From: a virus
Direction: 5' to 3' (one strand)
DNA: 64,000 bases
IMG/VR virus record: IMGVR_UViG_3300037116_000097
Shown: positions 25,389 through 33,703 of the stretch, one piece after another
Numbering within the stretch: the first letter of the stretch is position 1
How the letters are laid out: each line of letters opens with the position of its first letter
Notes under the pieces: generated by a model
The model's input: the letters and a program-made list of their open reading frames with translations, nothing else
Told to the model about the DNA's origin: nothing
The model's database searches: none
Made by a program: the position numbers and the translations under genes

Positions 25389-25633
25389 CGGTGAACTCCA
25401 GATCCAAGCCGGACTTGGAGATCACTGGTAGTTCGCCGCGCAAGGACTGGCGCACGAAGGAAACCCGCCAGCGGACCCACCTGGTAGGCGTCCGCCTCAG
25501 CCCTGCCGAGTCGGCCCTACTCCGGGCTGAGGCAAAGCGGACAGGACTGACGATGGCCACGGTGCTGCGAGAGGCGTTCCTGGCCAGCGTGAAAGCGGGT
25601 ATAACGCCCGGCCCGCCGCGCTCTGACCGGTAG
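25385..25633 (+). CDS. ribbon-helix-helix (MobC-like) protein
   Basis: THLVGVRLSPAESALLRAEAKRTGLTMATVLREAFL fits RHH. Confidence 0.5.
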   Translation: MTVNSRSKPDLEITGSSPRKDWRTKETRQRTHLVGVRLSPAESALLRAEAKRTGLTMATVLREAFLASVKAGITPGPPRSDR

Positions 25634-25720
25634 TGGGTCAGTGAAGCGCGAACCTCTGGCAGTTGCCGTATGAGCGGCAGCCAGGAATCTCCGTCGTTTA
25701 CGGCGAGAGGATGTCAATTC

Positions 25721-25888
25721 ATGGCAGGCTGCAAGAGCCTGTCCACCAGCCAGCTCCGGGAGCATGAGGCATCGGGAGCATGCCGGGAATGCAGCGAGCG
25801 GGCACGAGGGATCGCCGCGGAGGCTGCCGCAGCCGAGCCCGGACGCGCGCTCCTGGCCATCCTGGACGGGACAGAGAGGGAGCGATGA
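25721..25888 (+). CDS. small Cys-containing protein (55 aa), start uncertain
   Basis: GAGAGGA RBS before ATG 25721; track ORF 25670-25888. Confidence 0.35.
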   Translation: MAGCKSLSTSQLREHEASGACRECSERARGIAAEAAAAEPGRALLAILDGTERER

Positions 25889-26559
25889 CCAGCGTCTGGT
25901 ACACCGCCGATACCCACTTCACGCACCGCATGGTTGCGGAACTGCGCGGGTTTGCCAGCAGCGCCGGGCACGATGAGGTGATCGTCGCCAACTGGAACGC
26001 CGTGGTTGGCCGCGACGACACGGTGTGGCACCTCGGCGACGTCGGGCTCGGCAAGCCGGCCCTGATCCTGCCGTGGGCCGCGCGGCTGAACGGGGCCATC
26101 CACCTCATCACCGGGAACCACGATGCGGTCTGGCCCGGTCACCGGGACTCGCACAAGCACCAGCGGGAATGGCTGGAGCACTTCGCCTCGGTGCAGTCCT
26201 TTGCCCGGCGCAAGATCGGCGGCCGGTACGTGCTGCTATCCCACTTCCCCTACGACGGCGACCACACGGCAGAAGACCGGCACCGCCAGTTCCGGCTGCG
26301 CGACGAGGGAACATGGCTCCTGCACGGCCACACGCACGGCAGGGAGCGGCTGGGACAGGTCACGCTGCCGCCGGTCACATTCGGCGGCGAGGGCGCGTGG
26401 CGAGGGCGCCAGCTTCACGTAGGGCTGGACGCATGGGACCTGCGGCCCGTACCGCAGTGCGAGGTGGAGCGGCTGATAGCGGAGCGGACGGCGCTGGAGA
26501 CTGCCGCGCCGGACATGCCATACCTGACGCCGCTGGACCTGTCCGCAATGAATCGCTAG
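25885..26559 (+). CDS. calcineurin-like metallophosphoesterase
   Basis: WYTADTHFTH, HLGDVG, ITGNHD, LLHGHTH motifs in canonical order. Confidence 0.8.
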   Translation: MTSVWYTADTHFTHRMVAELRGFASSAGHDEVIVANWNAVVGRDDTVWHLGDVGLGKPALILPWAARLNGAIHLITGNHDAVWPGHRDSHKHQREWLEHFASVQSFARRKIGGRYVLLSHFPYDGDHTAEDRHRQFRLRDEGTWLLHGHTHGRERLGQVTLPPVTFGGEGAWRGRQLHVGLDAWDLRPVPQCEVERLIAERTALETAAPDMPYLTPLDLSAMNR

Positions 26560-26683
26560 CCAGCCGGTAATCCAGGCCGGTGACCGGGGGAGCCACCAGC
26601 CCGGATGCCGGTACCCTCCCTCCGCTCACCACGGGGAAACACTCAAGCTCAGGGTGACTCCGGGGTGACGGGGTGTCAAGAGG

Positions 26684-27226
26684 TCAGGCCGCAGCAGCGA
26701 AGCACGCCCCAGTCTCGGCGCAGTCCCTGGCGCACCAGCGGGCGTATAGTTCTGGCACTCCCGCCAGCCGGGCAGCCCGGCCGATGGCATCCTCCTGGTC
26801 ATATCCGCCACGCATGACTGCGGCGGTGATCAGGCAGAGGCCGAGACCGCCGGGCCGTGCCCATCCGCCGCCGCCCTGTACCCAGAGGATCGCGGCGTAG
26901 CCTTCCCCCGCATCGAAGCACGGCATCTCCCGCCGGTTGCACCTATAGCACAGCGGGACGATGTTCTGCACGCCGTCAAGACCGTAGGAGCACCGGTCAA
27001 CAAGATGAGAGCGCTCCAGCCAGCCGAGTGCCGAATCCCACCGCTTCGCCGGAGGGCCCTCGTCGTCGCAAGGCCCCTTCCTCCAGCAGGCAAAGCAACT
27101 AGGAACGGCGGGGTCAAACTCGAACTCGGGCCTCTCGCTCCAGTAGGCGACGATCTTGCTGAGCCTCGGCATGCGTCGGCCCGGGCGGTCACGCGCGGGC
27201 TCCCATCCCCAGTCCCAGTAGCCCAT
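26684..27226 (-). CDS. HNH endonuclease-like protein
   Basis: ERSHLVDR..GLDGVQNIVPLCYRCN; start ATG 27226 overlaps xis stop by 1 nt (TGATG); track ORF extends to 27277. Confidence 0.6.
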   Translation of the reverse strand: MGYWDWGWEPARDRPGRRMPRLSKIVAYWSERPEFEFDPAVPSCFACWRKGPCDDEGPPAKRWDSALGWLERSHLVDRCSYGLDGVQNIVPLCYRCNRREMPCFDAGEGYAAILWVQGGGGWARPGGLGLCLITAAVMRGGYDQEDAIGRAARLAGVPELYARWCARDCAETGACFAAAA

Positions 27227-27426
27227 CAGCTTGCCTGCCGCGCTGCCGTTTCCTCGGCCTCGGCGCTGGCTTCCCACTCGGCAACGGCGGACTCGCGGTA
27301 GAACACGCGCTTGCCGGCCCGGAAGAACCGGGGCCCCTTGCCCTTGTACCGCCAGTCGGTCAGCGTGGCCGTGGTGATGCCGTGGTAGCGCTCGGCCAGA
27401 TCGTCAGGCGTCAGAATCGCATCCAT
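27226..27426 (-). CDS. xis: excisionase-family DNA-binding protein
   Basis: ILTPDDLAERYHGITTATLTDWRYKGKGPRFFRAGKRVFYRESAVAEW; GGAG RBS; divergent from repressor/integrase. Confidence 0.75.
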   Translation of the reverse strand: MDAILTPDDLAERYHGITTATLTDWRYKGKGPRFFRAGKRVFYRESAVAEWEASAEAEETAARQAS

Positions 27427-27523
27427 CGGCTTTACTCCATGTTCGTGTGCGGGTTAACATCAGTCTCATGCTACAACGGTTCGGGCTGCGGCGGTACACG
27501 ATCGGGTTGTATCGTCCTTACGC

Positions 27524-27991
27524 ATGGATGAAGCTGACCGCCGGTTCGCTGAGAACCTCCGGTTCTACCGCGAGCAGGCCGGGGTGACTCAGGCTGAGCT
27601 GGCCGGGCGGATGAAGGAAGCCGGGTTCGGCGCGTTCCGCCAGCAGACCATCGCGCGCATCGAGAGCCTCGGCCGCCGGGCGAGCCTCGGGGAGGCGATC
27701 GCGCTCGGCCGGTCGATCGGCACCACGGCCGACGCGCTGGCCCGGCCGCACGGGCTCGCCCGCGAGGCATCCCATGTCCTTAATGCGGGACGGCAGGTAA
27801 TAGCCATCCACAACGACCTGCGCGACCTGGTGCGCAGGTTCGGCCAGCGGCAGGAAAGCCTGCGGCTGGTGATGGAGCGCATAGAGACCGAAGGCCACGC
27901 CGCTGAGCTGGCCATCGAGATGTCCGTGGCGCGGCGCGCTGCTGCGCTATCCCTCGCGGACATCACCGGCAGGAGCATGGAGGCAGTCTGA
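27524..27991 (+). CDS. XRE-family HTH protein, immunity repressor candidate
   Basis: FAENLRFYREQAGVTQAELAGRM; stop overlaps integrase ATG. Confidence 0.6.
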   Translation: MDEADRRFAENLRFYREQAGVTQAELAGRMKEAGFGAFRQQTIARIESLGRRASLGEAIALGRSIGTTADALARPHGLAREASHVLNAGRQVIAIHNDLRDLVRRFGQRQESLRLVMERIETEGHAAELAIEMSVARRAAALSLADITGRSMEAV

Positions 27992-29211
27992 TGGCGTGGA
28001 CGGAAGATCGCTGGATCGTCAGGGTCGCGAACGATGACGGCAGCAAGACGGACGTGCACTCGTCCCGCTACGGCTATGGCCTGCGCTGGCGCGTCAGGTA
28101 CGAGACGGCGGACGGCGCGGAGCGCAGCAGGTCGTTCGCGCGCAAGCCCGACGCCGACAGGTTCCGCACCGAGACGGAAGCGGACCTCATGCGCGGCACC
28201 TACCGCGACCCGGACGCCGGGAAGATAACCCTGCAGAGGTACGCCGGCCAGTGGCTGGAGAACCAGACCTTCGATGATTCAAGCCGGGAGAACATCGGCT
28301 ACCGGATCGAGCACGTCAATGCCGGGCTCGGCGGCAAGCGCCTGGATCAGGTCACCCCGTCGATGGTGAACGCCTGGATGCGGGGACTGCGGCTGGCGCC
28401 GTCGACAAAGCGGCAGTGCCTGACGGCGCTGTCCAGCATCTTCGCCGCAGCCGTGGATGATGGCCGCGTGGCGGTCAACCCCTGCCGTGCCCGCTCGGTG
28501 AAGGCACCGAAGGCCGACCGGCACGAGGTCGTGCCGCTTGAGGAAGCCCATCTCGCGGGACTACGTGACGGATTTCCTGCCCGGTACCGGGCGATGGTGG
28601 ACGCCGGCGCGGAGTGCGGGCTGCGGCAGGGCGAGATATTCGGCCTCTCCGTCGATGAGATTGACTTCCTGCACCGGGCCGTGCACGTCGTGCGGCAGGT
28701 AAAGATCGTCGGCGGCAGGATGGTGTTCGCCGCCCCGAAGGGCCGCAAGAAGCGTGACGTCCCGCTGCCCCGGCTCACTGCGGAGACGTTCGCTGAGCAC
28801 GTCCGCAAGTTCCCGCCCGTCCCGGTCACGCTGCCCTGCCATGCGCCGGGCACCCGCCAGCACGGAAAGCCGGTCACGGTACGGCTGATCTTCACGTCGC
28901 CGGTCGCCCGGATGGCGGTGAGCCGGCACAGGTTCAATACCAACGTCTGGAAGCCGGCGCTGAAGGCCGCGGGCATCCCGGCGACGCGGGAGAACGGGAT
29001 GCACGTGCTGCGGCACTCCTACGCCTCGGCGCTCCTGCACCGCGGCGTGGACATCAAGCGCGTCGCCAAGTGCCTCGGCCACGACGATCCGGGATTCACT
29101 TTGCGGACCTACACGCACCTGATGGAGGGAGGCGATGAGCAAGTCCGCCAGGCCATCGACGCGGGAGCTACCGTACCCTCACCGGCCCCAGCGCTCCGAG
29201 AGGTTAGATAA
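27991..29211 (+). CDS. int: tyrosine integrase
   Basis: C-terminal catalytic region LRQGE, HVLRHSYASALL, LGHDDPGFTLRTYTHL. Confidence 0.9.
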   Translation: MAWTEDRWIVRVANDDGSKTDVHSSRYGYGLRWRVRYETADGAERSRSFARKPDADRFRTETEADLMRGTYRDPDAGKITLQRYAGQWLENQTFDDSSRENIGYRIEHVNAGLGGKRLDQVTPSMVNAWMRGLRLAPSTKRQCLTALSSIFAAAVDDGRVAVNPCRARSVKAPKADRHEVVPLEEAHLAGLRDGFPARYRAMVDAGAECGLRQGEIFGLSVDEIDFLHRAVHVVRQVKIVGGRMVFAAPKGRKKRDVPLPRLTAETFAEHVRKFPPVPVTLPCHAPGTRQHGKPVTVRLIFTSPVARMAVSRHRFNTNVWKPALKAAGIPATRENGMHVLRHSYASALLHRGVDIKRVAKCLGHDDPGFTLRTYTHLMEGGDEQVRQAIDAGATVPSPAPALREVR

Positions 29212-29515
29212 GCGCAGGTCAGAGAGTTTACTGGCCCTAACGACATCCGACTGAACATCGCGATCCGGTGACCTGCGGAGCAAGATCAAGTACGGGTCTC
29301 AGCGGGGCTTACATCTCTTGGGTGTGCGCTCTCACATCCGGTTGAGTCCGGTTACCTACCGGCCCATGACCGGCCCAGGGGATTTGATCTTGACCGGCCC
29401 CGCCCACGCAGGGAAAGTCCCGCACCCCGCCACTACCCGTCACCCGCCGCGCACTAGCGGTAGCGTGAAGCGCCCCGCCCCGAAGGTCCTGAATCCCCCA
29501 GGAAAGGAACGACCC
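29212..29515. other. candidate attP / regulatory non-coding region
   Basis: 304 bp non-coding next to int; inverted 9-mers CAAGATCAA (29281-29289)/TTGATCTTG (29384-29392); ACCGGCCC(A) at 29358, 29369, 29393. Confidence 0.3.
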
Positions 29516-30229
29516 TTGAGAATCGTAAGCCGCATCACCGCGGTAGCCGGCGCGACAGCCCTCGCGCTGAGCCTCACGGCAGCCTCCGCAGGTGCCGCCA
29601 TTCACCCGTCGCCTGCCACGCCCGTGGGCCAGACCGTGACGGCCTCCACCAGCGTCACTGACCACCCGGACAGCGGCACGCAGGGCGACAACTGGGCGAA
29701 TGACAACTTCACCCGGGTCGCCACGGTTAAGCGCCTCCCCGGCACCGTCCCCCTCGCTGACTGCCCCGGTTCCACTACGGGGTTCTGCTACCCGTGGTCG
29801 GGCACCCTGACGGACTCCGGGCACTTCACCACGGTCGCCGGCGCCGATTCGCCGCGGACGACGACGCTGCTGGACCAGTCGCTCACCGGCACGTTCAGCG
29901 GCGGTAGCAAGACGATCCAGTTCTACAGCTCATGGAAGACCGCGAGCGCCGCGCTGGTGGCTAAGCACGTGGACGGCGAGGTGTCCAGCCGCGAGACCTC
30001 GACAGACTGGGTGGAGCAGTTCTTCGGCGGCACCGCGACGTTCGGCTCGGCTGCGAGCCCCGGTGACGTGGATCTCGGCCAGTGGTCGTGGAAGTACACG
30101 ATGAACTTCGGGTCGAACAGCGCCTGCCCGAACGACGCCTACCAGTGGATTGACGCACTCGCCAGCGGCGACGGAGCGCAGAACGCGGACGGGAATGTCC
30201 TCACCCCGGATGCGGCCGACTGCACGTAG
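29516..30229 (+). CDS. secreted protein of unknown function (moron candidate)
   Basis: TTG 29516 after AGGAAAGGAA RBS; signal peptide LRIVSRITAVAGATALALSLTAASAGA; two Cys pairs. Confidence 0.6.
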   Translation: MRIVSRITAVAGATALALSLTAASAGAAIHPSPATPVGQTVTASTSVTDHPDSGTQGDNWANDNFTRVATVKRLPGTVPLADCPGSTTGFCYPWSGTLTDSGHFTTVAGADSPRTTTLLDQSLTGTFSGGSKTIQFYSSWKTASAALVAKHVDGEVSSRETSTDWVEQFFGGTATFGSAASPGDVDLGQWSWKYTMNFGSNSACPNDAYQWIDALASGDGAQNADGNVLTPDAADCT

Positions 30230-30260
30230 CCTCATAGCGCCTGTCTCAGGACAGCAAGAA

Positions 30261-30304
30261 GCCGCCCCGGTCCCTTAGCCCGTGATGGGCCAGGAACCGG
30301 GGCG
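30261..30304. terminator. hairpin between convergent genes
   Basis: CCGCCCCGGT / ACCGGGGCGG 10-bp stem with 24-nt loop, followed by TTCTGCTGCC. Confidence 0.45.
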
Positions 30305-30325
30305 GTTCTGCTGCCTAGCTGAAGT

Positions 30326-30547
30326 TCAGGGCTTCGCCGGCACTCTCAGGATGATCTCGGCCGGCAGCGGCGACGAAGGCGCGAGCGTGCCGCTGAAAAC
30401 ACCGTTGATGTAGTCCGCCAGCCCGGCCGCGAACCGGCCGTCACGCACCACCGTGAGCCGCAGGATCCGCCCCGCATCACAGCCGTGTGCCGTTGCAATG
30501 GCAGCAAGGGAGAGCTTGCCGTCAGAGCAGTAGTCGGTCACGCTCAC
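30326..30547 (-). CDS. hypothetical protein (73 aa), last gene of lysis operon
   Basis: GTGA overlap with endolysin stop. Confidence 0.5.
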   Translation of the reverse strand: MSVTDYCSDGKLSLAAIATAHGCDAGRILRLTVVRDGRFAAGLADYINGVFSGTLAPSSPLPAEIILRVPAKP

Positions 30548-31398
30548 TCGGCTGCCACGTCCACGTCCCCGGTTCCCGCGTCAGTACGGGTAACCCTGGC
30601 AGCGTGGCAGCCAGCAGGAGGGGATGCGATCCGGGAACCCTCAGCGCCGGCCCACGACAGGGCGACGGCGAGAATGTCGGCCTGGCCGTGGAACTCGACG
30701 GAAAGCTCAGCGGTGCCGGCGGCGCAGAACCTCAGCGCCGTGGCGCCCTCCGGGACGGCTACCGGGGTCACTGCCCCGGCACCTGAGTTGAGCAGCATGG
30801 GTCCTTCTCTCCTGAGTTTCGGCTTCTTGGGCTTGGGCGGCTCGCCGGCGCGGATGGCCTTAGCGATCCTGATCAGTTCGGGCCTCTGTGCCTTGCGGAC
30901 GTCGCCGGGGCACTCCGGGTGATCACCCCACGGAACTCCGCCGTCCCCGTGGGTGATGAGCCCGGTACCGCTCACGTTGTCGGTGATCACCAGCGGGAAG
31001 CCGTCGTAGGCCGAGCACGCTTCGAGGATCTGCGCGAACGTCGCGAGCTGGGGCGCCGTCATCGGCTGCCCGGTCTTGGTCTTGTCCTCGTTCTCGCAGC
31101 TGCGCCAGTAGGGGTTGCCGTCGCCTTCGGCCCACGCGACGAGGCCGCGGCCCACGGGAAGAAACTGCTGGGCAGCGCCGTCTTCCGATACTCCGAAAAA
31201 CGCGGAGACCTCGGTAGCGGGGTTCATGAAGGTCTCGACGGTGCCCGCCGTGAACCCGTCCTCGGTGTGCTGCACCATCCCCTGCGCCTTGCTGGCGAAC
31301 CCGGACGGGTAGTGGTTCGGCGACATGTAGTGCGTGATGCCGATCGGGCCGCGGAGCCAGCCATCGGCGTCGAAGTGGCAGCGTCCTGGAATGGTCAC
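30544..31398 (-). CDS. endolysin, N-acetylmuramoyl-L-alanine amidase (amidase_2/PGRP type)
   Basis: GMVQHTEDG, WAEGDGNPYWRSCENED, ITHGD..GDHPECPG; Lys/Pro linker then ~85-aa C-terminal domain. Confidence 0.8.
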   Translation of the reverse strand: MTIPGRCHFDADGWLRGPIGITHYMSPNHYPSGFASKAQGMVQHTEDGFTAGTVETFMNPATEVSAFFGVSEDGAAQQFLPVGRGLVAWAEGDGNPYWRSCENEDKTKTGQPMTAPQLATFAQILEACSAYDGFPLVITDNVSGTGLITHGDGGVPWGDHPECPGDVRKAQRPELIRIAKAIRAGEPPKPKKPKLRREGPMLLNSGAGAVTPVAVPEGATALRFCAAGTAELSVEFHGQADILAVALSWAGAEGSRIASPPAGCHAARVTRTDAGTGDVDVAAE

Positions 31399-31967
31399 GC
31401 CTTCCCCTTCCCCGGTGCCCGCAGCTTCGGTCCCGCCGCCGTCGCCGCAGCGACCTTGGCCGCCGTGGTGCCCTTCGCGGGCGCCAGTACCTCGGCAGGC
31501 GCGGCCAGCGCCCTTGCTGCTGCCTCAGTGCGCGAGGTCTCGGCCGCGATCAGCCGCTCGAGGATGGCGTCCTGCGCGGCGAGGTGGTCCTGGAGTTGCA
31601 TGCACTCGTGCAGCACCATCTCCGCGTCCTGGTAGGTGGCCTCCGCCCGCTTATCCGCGCCCGCCGCACCGAGGTTCTGGCCCAGCTGCAGGACGGCCAG
31701 CATGACGAGCTGGATGAACGTCTGGGACACCCAGGCCACGATCAGCAGCGAGCGGGCGGGCAGCGCGCTGAAGCCCAGCACGCCGGGCAGCGCGATGAGC
31801 GCCAGCAGGGCGAACAGGTAGGCCGCCTGCATGGTCCCGACGAGGGCTGTCAGCCGCAGCGCGATCCTGCCGTTGGCGCCCCCGCCTGCCTGGTCGGCTA
31901 CCTTCACCGGCCCTGCCTCGGCGCGCTGGTGACGCCAGGGATGGGGGACGTGCTGGTATGCGCTCAC
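31395..31967 (-). CDS. membrane protein, DUF1003-like; holin/lysis-regulator candidate
   Basis: AAGGAGG RBS before GTG 31967; two TM helices then QNLGAAGADKRAEATYQDAE.. coiled region; GTGA overlap onto endolysin. Confidence 0.5.
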   Translation of the reverse strand: MSAYQHVPHPWRHQRAEAGPVKVADQAGGGANGRIALRLTALVGTMQAAYLFALLALIALPGVLGFSALPARSLLIVAWVSQTFIQLVMLAVLQLGQNLGAAGADKRAEATYQDAEMVLHECMQLQDHLAAQDAILERLIAAETSRTEAAARALAAPAEVLAPAKGTTAAKVAAATAAGPKLRAPGKGKA

Positions 31968-32034
31968 GCGGCCTCCTTGGCGCTGAGATGGGATGCCCGG
32001 AGCCGCTCCCTCGGCGGCTCCGGGCATGCGGCGG

Positions 32035-32574
32035 CTACTCCGCGACCGGGGTGCCCGGCGTCAGGACGAGCTGCGTGACCGGGCCGGCCGTGACCAGGAT
32101 CTGATCCGAGGCGGACAGGGTGCCGTCGGTCACGCTGATGTTCGCGGTGCCGGGATCGACGGCGGCGAACACGCAGGACAGCGTGTCGGCGGACGGGGTG
32201 AGGGTGACCACGGCGCCGTTGTCGTCGCTGGACCAGGTGAGGGTGTCGGAAACCGCGACGCCCTTGCTGTCCTCCGCGGCTACCGAGTAGGTCACGGCCT
32301 CGCTGTCGGTCATGGTTACGGACATGTCGTTTTCTCCTTGGTGCTTCGTTGGCACGCCGGGACCGGGATGGCCTTCGGCGAAGGTGAAAGGCGCGGGCCG
32401 CAGCCGCAGCCGCGCGGGCCGGGCCAGCAGCCAGTTAGCGAACTGCCCTGCCGTGGCCAGGACGCGCTCAGGCAGCGGCTGCTGCTGGAACGGCTGCCAC
32501 GGCTGGTCGTGTGCCGCGTGCAGTTCCACGGCGAGCCTCAGCCCTTCGAGGCGCGCGGCATTTACGTCGGTCAC
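32035..32574 (-). CDS. Ig-like (BID_2-type) domain protein; possible internal start at 32325
   Basis: GGAGG before GTG 32574; second strong RBS AAGGAGAAAACGAC-ATG at 32325 gives a 96-aa Ig-like product. Confidence 0.5.
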   Translation of the reverse strand: MTDVNAARLEGLRLAVELHAAHDQPWQPFQQQPLPERVLATAGQFANWLLARPARLRLRPAPFTFAEGHPGPGVPTKHQGENDMSVTMTDSEAVTYSVAAEDSKGVAVSDTLTWSSDDNGAVVTLTPSADTLSCVFAAVDPGTANISVTDGTLSASDQILVTAGPVTQLVLTPGTPVAE

Positions 32575-32640
32575 GGGGCAGCCTCCGGGCATGAGGGAAC
32601 GCGCCGGGGATGCCCCGGCAGGGACGTGCGGATCCGGGAA

Positions 32641-32838
32641 TCAGGGGCCGGCGAAACCAGCTGCGGCCCACAGGGCGAGACCCGCGGCGACCAGGCCGAG
32701 AGCGGCGCCACCGGAGATCTTGATGGTCCCGAATGCCTCAAGCGCCGCGAGGATGAAGCACAGGATCGCGGCGATGACGAACAGGGTGCCGAAGTTCACG
32801 CCGCTGTAATGGCGGCGCGGGGTTGTCTCGTTACTCAC
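32641..32838 (-). CDS. small two-TM membrane protein, holin candidate
   Basis: AGGAGG RBS; FGTLFVIAAILCFILAALEAF and AALGLVAAGLALWAAAGFA. Confidence 0.55.
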   Translation of the reverse strand: MSNETTPRRHYSGVNFGTLFVIAAILCFILAALEAFGTIKISGGAALGLVAAGLALWAAAGFAGP

Positions 32839-32875
32839 GGGTACCTCCTGGTGATGGGCTTGTGATGGTGCGTCC

Positions 32876-33361
32876 TCAGCGGGAGTTGCAGCCCAGGTCG
32901 GCTCCTAGCTGGTCGAGCGTCGCGTGGAGGCGCTGGTCATAGGCTCGACTTGGATTAGCCGCCGGGTTGCCGGCCGGCGGCCTCAGTGCCGCGAGTTCCC
33001 GCATGGTGGTGCAGATCTTGCGCTCGACCATCGCGCTCTGCCGCTGCGCTGCCGTCTGCCCGGCTCTCTGCGCGGCCTGGGATGCCGTTGCCAGGTGCCA
33101 GGACCAGAACAGGTTGACGGCAGCGAGAGCGAACATCAGCACGAACAGGGACGCGAACGCGCGGCGGATCCGGGGCGGGATGACGCCGGGGATACCCTTC
33201 GCGCCTGCTGCGCCCGTGGCGCCGCGCTCGCCCTGGTCGCCCTGGTCGCCCTGGTCGCCCTGGTCGCCCTGGTCGCCGTGCTCGCCCTGCTCACCGCGCG
33301 GCGGGCGCGGGTCGATGCCCAGCCGCCAGTCCCCGGTGCCGGGCGCCGGCCCCTCACTCAC
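32876..33361 (-). CDS. collagen-like (Gly-X-Y) repeat protein with C-terminal-side TM helix
   Basis: GEQGEHGDQGDQGDQGDQGDQGERGATGAAGAKGIPG then FASLFVLMFALAAVNLFWSW; GTG 33361 in GTGAGTGA overlap. Confidence 0.55.
   Translation of the reverse strand: MSEGPAPGTGDWRLGIDPRPPRGEQGEHGDQGDQGDQGDQGDQGERGATGAAGAKGIPGVIPPRIRRAFASLFVLMFALAAVNLFWSWHLATASQAAQRAGQTAAQRQSAMVERKICTTMRELAALRPPAGNPAANPSRAYDQRLHATLDQLGADLGCNSR
33232..33276. repeat. perfect 9-bp tandem repeat x5
   Basis: CCTGGTCGC x5 on + strand, encoding (GDQ)5 on - strand. Confidence 0.95.
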
Positions 33362-33623
33362 CGGACGCCCCCGGCGGCGATGAAGGCGATGGCAGTGATC
33401 CCGGCTCCCCACCAGAAGGCGATGAGGGCAAGGTGCCCGAAGCGCCAGGCCCTGGCAGCAGTGCCCTCACGTGCTCGGCCACGCTCGGCACGGTGAGTGC
33501 CAGGCCCGCGCCGATCAGGAGCCCGTCCGGGTGCGCCGAGCGGATCTGCGACCAGATCGTCACCACGCCAAGCCCGGTCAGCAGTACGTCCTTGATTACC
33601 AGCCAGCATGTACCCCAACGCAA
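33354..33623 (-). CDS. membrane protein (89 aa), holin candidate
   Basis: TTG start; two hydrophobic helices then Pro/Ser/Gly tail. Confidence 0.45.
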   Translation of the reverse strand: MRWGTCWLVIKDVLLTGLGVVTIWSQIRSAHPDGLLIGAGLALTVPSVAEHVRALLPGPGASGTLPSSPSGGEPGSLPSPSSPPGASGE

Positions 33624-33703
33624 GCTCGCCCCCTATTTCGTGCCGGCCAGGACACTCCGCTCATGCGCTCCCTTGCTGACGTGCTTGGCATAAACGAGAC
33701 AAA

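Noticed and set aside
26560-26683. Intergenic region between convergent phosphoesterase and HNH genes as ncRNA or terminator
   Set aside because: Only short palindromes (CCGGTGACCGG) and a GGTGAC direct repeat are present. There is no convincing stem-loop with a U tract.
31993-32865. 290-aa plus-strand ORF across the lysis cassette
   Set aside because: It is antisense to three minus-strand genes that have good RBSs. The composition is Gly/Arg-rich.
33232-33276. Possible CRISPR-like or other non-coding repeat array
   Set aside because: The 9-bp perfect repeats have no spacers and lie in frame inside a Gly-X-Y coding tract. No CRISPR array exists anywhere in the window.
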